Shown: positions 54,401 through 64,000 of the stretch, piece after piece
How positions within the stretch are numbered: the stretch's first letter is position 1
Layout: the number at the start of each line of letters is the position of its first letter
Source of the DNA: Octopus vulgaris
Lineage: Eukaryota
Direction: 5' to 3'
Assembly (NCBI GenBank): GCA_951406725.2
Contig: OX597832.1
Span: 64,232,001-64,296,000 of the forward strand
DNA: 64,000 bases
The notes under the pieces: generated by a model
The model's input: the letters and a program-made list of their open reading frames with translations, nothing else
Told to the model about the DNA's origin: nothing
Databases searched by the model: none
Program-made: the position numbers and the translations under genes

Positions 54401-54489
54401 CACATACACATACATGAGTATTGATATCAATATATGTATAGATATAAATATACTAAATTAATACATTTCCATACTTCAAAATGTAACCA

Positions 54490-55290
54490 AAATCAATCGT
54501 TCAGAAAGTAACAGACTTTGGGGCCTTAAAAAACCTATACAAACCAATTTTTGTATATTTCACAAATTTTATTTAATCAGCATCAAAATAAGAGTTCATA
54601 GTGTTTCCAGGAATGCTATGGAGGTCCGCTGTTGCTTTTCTCATATTTTCCTCTCTCCACTCAAATCGCTTCCTTTTCAGTTTGGTTATTTGTTTGGGGA
54701 TGAGCCAGAAGTCACACAGAGCTGAGCCGGAAGGCTTAGGAACCTGTCGAACAAGTGATGCATTGCTTTTGACCGAGAAAGCTTGGATTACGATGTGCGT
54801 TCAAAAAATATACCTCTTTATTTTTTCGCCGACAAGCCCCACATGCACAAATCCTCCATTAAAATGGAATACACTGAACCTCTGCTTATTCCCACTTTGT
54901 GAGGAATTTCCTTGACTGGACGGTCTTCGATAACTATTTGCCGAACATTCTCAATTGGCTCCTCGCTTCGGCTTGTCAATGACCTGCCTGAGTGTTTCTC
55001 GCTCCCATGTTTCAGGCGACTGTCTCACTCCTTGATCTGAAACTTGCCCATGGCATCATCTCCAAAGTTCCTTTGTATAGGATTTCTATGTTTTTGGTGA
55101 AACTTGAAGTAACATCTATGATCGATGCGCGATGCGTTCGGTCATTTTAAATGAAAACGAAAATTTGACACACTACGCAACTGCGCTCCGTATCTCTTAA
55201 GAACACCTCACATACACACACCACCGTCGGACAAACATAGCGCCTCTCCATACACACACACACAGTGACCTTAGTCTTTAGACGGTCATC
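54490..55290 (-). mobile_element. Mariner (irritans-like) transposase fossil, internally deleted
   Basis: Minus strand reads MTERI..IQRNFGDDAMGKFQIKE*..HSGRSLTSRSEEPIENVRQIVIEDR and SALCDFWLIPKQITKLKRKRFE..NMRKATADLHSIP (APCDFWLFPKLK..LKG.RF). TIRs not clearly resolved. Confidence 0.8.
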
Positions 55291-55328
55291 AGCCAAAATT
55301 CTTTAGAATTCTATACACAACTGTACAT

Positions 55329-55586
55329 TACTCTTTTACTTCTTTTAGTCATTTGACTGTGGTCATGCTGGAGCACTGCCTTTAGTCTAGTAAATCGAAC
55401 CCAAGACATATTCTTTGTAAGCCTAGTACTTATTATATCGGGCTCTTTTGCCGAACCGCTAGGTTACCGAAACGTAAACATACCAAAATCGGTTGTCAAG
55501 CGATGTTGGGGGAACAAACAGAGACACGCAAACATACACACACACACTCACACACACACACTCACACACACGCACACACACACACG

Positions 55587-55634
<48 letters not shown>

Positions 55635-55808
55635 CATATATACGACGAGTTTGTTTCAGTTTCCGTCTACCAAATCCACCCACAAGGCTTCGGTCGGCTC
55701 GAGGCTATAGTAGAAAACATTTGCCCAAGGTGCCACGCAGTGGGACAGAACCCGGAACCATGTGGTTCGTAAACAAGCTACTTACCACACAGACACTCCT
55801 ATGCCTAT
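55329..55808 (-). mobile_element. SINE family A, near full length
   Basis: agtcatttgactgtggtcatgctggagcactgcctttagtc..ttgcccaaggtgccacgcagtgggacagaacccggaaccatgtgg. Confidence 0.88.
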
Positions 55809-56254
55809 ATATATTTATGCCAGGTCAAATTAACCGCGTTCTCTCTCTCTCTCTGTCTCTAAAAGATTTTCTGACAATATTAAGATTTATAAAATGCTCC
55901 ATATAATTTCGTTAATTAAACATCTGCTCGTCTCCATTCACGTAATCCTTCGACTTAAAACTTGTTGCTTCAATAAGCTTCTTTCACCTCCATTCCTTTC
56001 ATTTATTTCATTATCTTCACACCGTCTCTGCAATAGCGCTTTTGTGCTATTTCTTTGCCTAATTTATTATTATCCTTTATTCTATTCATTCTTCTCTTTT
56101 CCTTCCTTTCTGCCACTCTTCTCTTCTTCTTCATTTCATTCCTTCTCCTTTGTAATCGCTTTCCTTGCATTAGTCTTGCCTAGCTTGCTTAGTTATATCT
56201 ATACATCTGGAAATGTTTTTGTCCTTTCTTTTATTTTTATTTCTGTTTTAATCT

Positions 56255-56570
56255 TTGGATTGCAGCCATAATGGTGTCTAACCTTGAAAGGATTTCAGGT
56301 GAACAAGACCACCTCAGTACTTATTTCGTTAGTCTGGTATTTATTACAATCAGTTTTGTTTGTCGAACGTCTAATTCGTGGGGATGTACACAAAACAACA
56401 CCGGTTATGAAGCGGTTGTGGGACGGACACACACACAAAGGTACAAAAATGACGGCCCTCACGCTGTTTCTATCCACCAAATTCACTCAGAAGGCATTGA
56501 TTGGCCCAGAGCTATTGTAGAAGCTAATTCTCCAAGGTGTCACACAGTGGGACTGAACCCTAAACCACGT
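56255..56570 (-). mobile_element. SINE family A, degenerate
   Basis: ccaccaaattcactcagaaggc..ccaaggtgtcacacagtgggactgaaccc. Confidence 0.65.
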
Positions 56571-56578
56571 ATCTGCGC

Positions 56579-56661
<83 letters not shown>

Positions 56662-57299
56662 TATATACATATATATATATATCTTCAAACATTCATGCTT
56701 AAATACAAGCTACCGCAGGCATACATACATGATTCCATCCATGCATCCACCTACACATCCATTCATCTATCAATCCGTCCACCCAGCCAGCCATAAAGAA
56801 AATGACTGCGTATGCAAGATGGCAGTAGAAAAATAGGCATATACATCAACCATGTGCTCCAAATTGAAGAGAATAACTTCCTACGGGTGAGTAGTGCGTT
56901 CCCTCAAAAATGCATCTCCCACGATGACCTTCCATGCATTCCCTAGCGTAGATCGTTAAAATCCGGTATCGAAAACTTCACAAAATGTTATATGCCTGAA
57001 TATGTTTCTTATACAGCGGAAGATATTTATAACATTGACACGAAGTATAGCTTGTTTTGGACTCGTCACTGTTACATCACGTCACATTCTTTTGTAAATG
57101 AAGAGATAAATTTTGCTAGGAAGTAACGGTTTAACAAAAAGAGACAATGAAACCTATAAAACCTGACCGAAAATGGCAATTGTGTTATATTTCTGGGTAA
57201 GATATTACATTGGTGAACTATTACAAACCTGTGTGAAAATGTTATACTACTACCATCCAATGCAGAATGATATGTTGTTGCTAAAACAATATACTATGG

Positions 57300-57618
57300 T
57301 ATCAGTAGGAAAGACTCGCCTGAGATAACTACAGAGAATATCTTTGTTATTGAACACCTACATAAGGGATATCGTTAAAATATTCCCCTGAAAGCTTCCT
57401 CCAAGTTTAAATATAACCGATTTGATATGATCGTTTGGGACTAGAAAAAGAATGTAAAGTGATTCAGGTCAGATGCCAGGCTACCGTGAATATTTTCTCA
57501 GAAAATCAGTTGCGAACGGGATATTTACAGACAACTGCTTCGGAGCCCACAAAATTCGCAGCGAAAATACGAATTTACACACACACATTACGATATATAT
57601 ATCTCTCTGTATCTATCT

Positions 57619-57699
<81 letters not shown>

Positions 57700-57984
57700 T
57701 GTATGTATGTAGTGTTGGTATACCAGGCTACTTTAGTAGATATTAACTGGCAACCTCAGAATGTTGAGCTTTACAGACTAAGATGGTAGCCAACTAACGC
57801 ACAATTCACAAACGCCATCAGTTAAATTGAATAGTAAAAATAGGCAACAATTTTTCTAAAGGTCAACATTTTGCGCATTTATTATCCAAATTCCAACAAT
57901 GGAGCTTCATTTCCTTTTTTAGAATCCAGGTCCTTCCTAATAAGGAGAATTGAAATGGCTAAAGCCGTATATTATGAGTGTGTG

Positions 57985-58025
<41 letters not shown>

Positions 58026-58405
58026 CACACACATAATTACATATACTCATTCATTCATATTTCTGTGCATCCATTCATTCACATATATCTGCCTACATAC
58101 ATAAATGCATATGTTCATATTCTATATTGCATCGGAAACAAGCAACGTTTGTCTCCGATGTTATAAATATTTTCAAAGAATTATTCCAGGACAAGATTTG
58201 TTTGTCCTTCTACATATTGTAACATTGAATCCACCGTAATTTATTTTTACAGCAATGCAGTGGTTATGTGCTACGATGTACAACAGCTAGTGATATCAAT
58301 ATAACTTATATTTTCTTTGTGGATGATCTAAAGATCTACGCTGGAAATATTTACAGCTGGGTTTAATAATAACTTATTCAGCTGATATCGGAATGGAATT
58401 TATTC
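57300..58405 (+). mobile_element. Decayed R4/Dong-type LINE reverse transcriptase fragment
   Basis: About 58300-58350 reads ITYIFFVDDLKIYAGN (catalytic F/YxDD) and 58381-58401 reads ADIGMEF. Upstream extent uncertain and interrupted by microsatellites. Confidence 0.6.
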
Positions 58406-58419
58406 AGAAGATATGAACA

Positions 58420-58785
58420 TTTTTGTATTTGTACTTGTGTCAGTCATTGGACTGCGGGCATTCTAAGGCACTGTTTTGGGGTTCGTTTAACAAGTCGGCC
58501 TCTGTATTATTTTTTTAACTCAAATACTCATTGACCCGTTGTCTTTTAACGATCTGCGAAATTACGGGGAGATAAACAAACCAACACCATTTTTCAAGCG
58601 TTGGTGGTTGGGAAAAACGCACGCACACATTCATATGTATTTACGACAGGCTTCTACACAGTCTCTATCAGCCAAATTCACTCACAAAACCATTGGTGAG
58701 CGCGATGCTAAGCAGAAGACACTTTACAAAGGTGCCATGCGGTGAGATTGAACCGGAAACCACTTAGTTCCTTAACTACACGACC
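58420..58785 (-). mobile_element. SINE family A, degenerate
   Basis: cagtcattggactgcgggcat..ccaaattcactcacaa..aaggtgccatgcggtgagattgaaccggaaacc. Confidence 0.65.
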
Positions 58786-59779
58786 TTGAACGTTGAACAC
58801 ACAAGAATACATTTCCATATCCAAAAAATTTGCATCAATGTTTTCTTTATCTTTTTTTATTCCACCCAGCAAGTGCTACAGATATTTAGGAGTAGACAAA
58901 AATGTATCGTACAGAGGTGTTGCGAAACACAAATTATGCCCAAAGAATATTATAAAAGTTTTCAGAAAGCAGGTATGCCGGGGTCATTCTCTTATTGCAT
59001 GTCAATATTCCAAAAGGTTCCTGCAACTGCGAACATGTCTTTTATTAAAATCAGTGAGAAAGAGAAAATGCTTCGAGATCCGCTACTTCTATACTCGCAT
59101 CAACAATTCTTATTTTTACTTCTAAAGATTGTTGCGTATGGCTGTTTTAGTAAATGTTTATGTAACAATCTCGAAAAGTTGTGATTTTCAGGCAAAAAAA
59201 GGGGAAAAACATGACCAGCTACCACACACTCAAGTAATACAGTCTTTGGTTGGAATAGTTAAAAATATGGAATAACTTTCAGCGTATAACTGAAATGGGC
59301 GATGCTGTTACCAAATTCCAGCAATACAGCAGTTTTCGAAACCCACTACTTGAGAGGGAGAATTAAAAAAATAACATTAAAATGATACACATGCACACGT
59401 ACATACACACATATAAAGACACATACACATTCTTGTCAGAAGCTCTAACGATTCACACAGTGTCCTCGTGCAGATTATGATGATGATCAAAATAATTTAA
59501 ATAATACTCCTAATGATGTTAATGATGATGATGATGGTGAGGATTAATATTGATTGTTGCGATGATGATGATGGTCATGGTGATTCTTATAATAACGTTG
59601 ATAACGGTTAAGCTGATCGTGAAAAACGAAAACGACAACGAGGACGCCATGCTGCTGCTGCCGGCGACGACGACGATCAATATTATTAATGGCAATAATT
59701 TTATACTTAGTTATTTGTCATGGGAACTTCCAATTTACATTTTTGAAAACAATACACCAAGCAATACAGAAACTATCGA

Positions 59780-59854
<75 letters not shown>

Positions 59855-60150
59855 TTCGGCATAAGGCCAGTAATTCCGATGGATGTGTGTGTGTGTGTGG
59901 TGGTGGGGGGCTAGTCAATTACATCGACCCTAGTGTCCAATTGTTACTTAATTTATCGATCTTCAAAGAATGAAAGGTAAATTCGACCTCAGCGGAATTT
60001 AAATTCAGATCACATCGACCCCAGTGCTCAACTGGTACTTCTTTTACCGACCCCCAAATGGATGAAAAGCAAATTTGAACTCACAACGTAAGGACGGACG
60101 AAATGCTGCTAAGAATTTTGACCGGCGTGCTAACAATTCTGACAGCTTTC
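59855..60150 (-). mobile_element. SINE family B, with internal duplication
   Basis: Two acatcgaccc(t/c)agtg..aa(t/c)tg..actt cores in tandem. Confidence 0.7.
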
Positions 60151-62537
60151 CTAAGAAATCATTAAAAACATGGCGCTCAATACATAACTAAACCATTGAC
60201 TTAACGCTATACGTAGCATTTGTGAAATTGTGCGACTGCGTAACTATACACATATATCGGAGTTTACTGTCGATATAAGAGAGATTAAGAAAACTTAAAC
60301 GACCAAAGACAAACTGTTCTGTGCTCGGTAATATGGTGTAAGTGCAAAGAAAATAAGAGGTTTGAATAAGGATGGGGATTCTTGACTACAGCACATTGCT
60401 ACAAATTAGAGTGTGAGAATAATCTATTACATCAAACCTCGGCGTGTGGTGGTTTTGGTTTGTCGGTTCCAGAAGCATTGGAAAGTAGGAATATTACGGT
60501 GGTATTCGAGCCCAGAACAAAAGCGTGTATAATGGCTATCAATATGCAACCAAATATCTTTGGTAGTATAGCATAAATCCCAAGATATTGGTATATGTAT
60601 CATATTATCGATCAAGGAGAATCAGAAATTTAAAACGAGTGCGATGGACGTGTTGAAGGTGATGGTGGTGAGATTAACATAAAGGGACGTAACCAAATAA
60701 CTTCAATGTTAATGGCTTTTTGCCAATGTAAGAAGATGTCCTCATCTCAAAATCATCACCACTAACATCACTGTCGCCAGCAGGATGATGGTGATGATGA
60801 TGAGGATGATCATCTCCATCACATTCATCATCATCATCGACTGAAATACTATTATCATGATCACGATCACCAAACAACATCGCTACCACCAGCACCAACA
60901 TCACCGTCACCACCTTGATCATGATCGATATATGAAGATATTAAATTCTAGGATTCTGAGATGGACAAAAAAATAAGGAAAAAAAATACAGAAAATTGAT
61001 TTAAGATGAAACAATTGTTGAAACAAATAAGAGAAAGGATAAAGAGAGAGTTGGCAGGGGGAGCTGAGAGAGAGAGAGATGAGTAGCAGAGTGCAAGAGG
61101 GAAGAGATGAGAAGTTAAGACGTGAGAGTATCAAGGGCTGGAATATCTGACAGCAGATTTATCAATGTCAAATAAAAAGAAAGAAATATAAGAAAATGTT
61201 CTCATACACAGAGAAGCTTATACACAAATATACACACATGTATACAGAGAAAGACATATACCCGTGCAGTCACACACACACACAAGCATAATGAAGAGAA
61301 AAATACACGGAATAATTAAAGTAATTCTACATAAAATGTAGTCCAAAAGCAATGCAGCATTTAAACTCTTTTTTAAATTTTTTGCTCGAAAATCTGATGG
61401 ATCTTCGGGACATTATATTGCACACATTTCTATTGCACACATTTCTATGTGTGTGTGTGCGCATGTGGGAATGGTGGTTAGTTCAAGAGGGAACTGTGAG
61501 AATCTAATAATTTTCTTCAAATGCTGAATTAATGAGCAAAAATGTTATTTGTGATTATGGGGGATTAACCTCCGATAAAGAAAGGGCATACAGAGTGAAT
61601 ACAATATCGGTTTGGAAAAGAAATTACGTGGATAATAGGGAGGAAATACAGAAGAAATTATTTCTCCTCAAACTTTGCACTTTGTGTTTATACGTGGCTG
61701 GAAGGGAACGTTCGGTTTTTCAGTTCCGTAACGGATGCTTTTCAAATTGTCTGCATCTGCTAAACGTTTCTGAACTGGTGTTTAAATAAAGGTTTTAAAG
61801 AACATATCACACTCTATACGTCCAATTTATTTGTGAAACAAGCTTTTCCATACTTCAGTTCTTCAAGATTTTTTATTACCCTACTTTTTTAACCTTAACC
61901 CTATATACTTAAAGGCGGGTATATAATTATGTAGTTGTCGTTTAAATTTTCCTTCAGTCATTCCTTTGTAATGATTATGTGTTCCTACTGGCCCAGCATC
62001 TACCAGTAATAAATTATTGCTTCAAAGCTGCACAATTTGTCTACAGCGCATGTATTCGGTTTCACGCCTGAGCATGGCATTATTTTTGATGCGTGTGCAT
62101 GCATACGTTTGTACGCGCGATAATTTGTCTTTCATGTTTACAGTGAATCTATTGCTAATTATAAGGTAGTCCTGCATCTACGTTTACCTCTAATACTGAA
62201 TGTGAAATATAATATGGCCAGAAACATCTTCACACTAATAATAAGAAATACCGGCGAGAGATAAATCTGAGTAGATTCTAAAACTGTATCTTTCTTTATC
62301 TTAGGACAATCAATATCAGTGACTGAGTCTCCCTCGCGGACATGGTCGGAAGATGAGGATGGCTAAAGAGACAGAAATGTGTGTGGGAGTCCGTTTGATG
62401 GAAGCACTGAGTAGTTATAGTATTTTGATGCCCTCTTCCATAAGCGGGATTTTTTCCATGGTAACTGCAGTGAATTTGTCTTCAGAAGTTAAAATATTTT
62501 AACTAGCCTAAATTTCCTTTCTTCCTCATCAATGCTA

Positions 62538-62636
<99 letters not shown>

Positions 62637-63317
62637 TGTGTGTGTGCGTGCGTGTACGTGTGTGTGTTTGTGCGTATGTAAAACTGGGACGCTGTGTGAT
62701 TGTTTTTCCTCTATTTCTATTTCGTTTTCGTTGTGCAGAAAGATCCGCACTGAGTCAGCGGTTCTAGGAGATATTTCATTCCAGCCGTGACATTCAAGCT
62801 CTTTTTAGTTATCTAATTTGCTCTTCTTTTTTTTGTTCAGAGACCATAAATTGTTTCTGTCTGAGAAATGTTTGACTGCTATGTCTTGCAGGTCTATCGA
62901 CAACATCAGTGCTCCGTAGGTGACATGATTATGTCTCTAGTTCCATCCAGTGATTTAATATCACCCAGTTACTGCTGCAGGCTGGTTTACATTGGAGGTT
63001 GTGCTCTTTTACAGATCAGAAATATCTGTGTTATCGGAACGAAATATATTCATTTCATATTCAATATAACCAACGTATAACATACACCACCTTTTTCTAA
63101 TAAATTTAGACGAAATTTTTAAAACAAACCGAGAATATATAAACACCAAAATATTGTAATATACCACTCATTCGATTCCTGTGTGTGTGAATGTGTTTCT
63201 ACGTACAGTCTCATTAACACATACACCACGTACATAAAGTGACTGATTTGAATTCTGTGAGGAAGAAATTAAATAAGACTCAAAAATATACAAAATATTT
63301 ATGCATATTTTGTATGT

Positions 63318-63374
<57 letters not shown>

Positions 63375-63385
63375 GTAATATACGC

Positions 63386-63450
<65 letters not shown>

Positions 63451-63795
63451 TAAATTTAATATGGGTTTCATAATGTTGAGCGAATATTCCGTTAAAATTT
63501 CCAGAAGAACTGATGTCTCTTAACTAACTTCACAGAACTGTTGGAATAGAAGAAAAACGAAAAACTAAAAGTAGAATTTAGTTGAAGATGTATGAGCTGC
63601 CAGTGAAAGATCTTAGCTTACAGCCTTGACGTACATACATACATTTATACACATACACGTATATATACATATATACAAACGTATATACTTCTAATCAGAT
63701 AAATACGCAAGCAGCCGTATAAATGCACATATATGTATGGTCATATACGTGTATATGTCTGTCAGTCTGTCGGTCTGTCTGTCTGTCTGGCTCTT

Positions 63796-63858
<63 letters not shown>

Positions 63859-64000
63859 GGGGCACACACACAAATTGTGTTATATTATGTATGTAAGCAA
63901 GCAGATATATATACATTCACATACTCTCAGGTCCATCTCAATTATTTGTCTCTGAGTCTCCCTCCCCCTTCTATATATGTAATGGTCTCTGTGCCTGTGT

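Noticed and set aside
60674-60922. ORF with hydrophobic N-terminus and Asp/His runs resembling a secreted metal-binding peptide
   Set aside because: Explained by degenerate (GAT)/(CAT)/(GGT) trinucleotide repeats.
62820-63060. Plus-strand acceptor-like sites (ttttgttcag, tcttgcag) and a 70-aa ORF
   Set aside because: No recognisable protein and no convincing donor; opposite strand to the cadherin gene.
51615-64000. Upstream cadherin exon (expected DxNDNxPxF..xE)
   Set aside because: No candidate with suitable splice sites found by eye; probably outside the window, though a small exon could have been missed.

Overview
AT-rich, microsatellite-dense eukaryotic DNA. The mix of (AT)n/(AAT)n/(ATCT)n/(AC)n tracts and the tRNA-derived SINE families resemble an octopus (coleoid cephalopod) genome; this is inferred, not proven. 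The window appears to lie inside one large minus-strand gene. Four small GT-AG exons (51614-51516, 44643-44542, 34712-34575, 5650-5566; 424 coding nt) splice in frame into about 1.3 extracellular cadherin repeats of PCDH15/Cad99C/CDHR-like type. The introns contain several SINE families, two mariner fossils, a Tc1/mariner MITE, Helitron/Helentron ends, R4/Dong-type LINE fragments in (AAT)n tracts and Penelope-like fragments. Nearly all ORFs in the supplied track are microsatellite artefacts. The most unusual signals are RNA-level: several hammerhead ribozyme motifs (one with a U3:A8 compensated core, one with a long stem II, one inside a tRNA-headed SINE), an isolated 84-nt hairpin, and an exact inverted copy of neighbouring DNA at a Penelope 5' junction.
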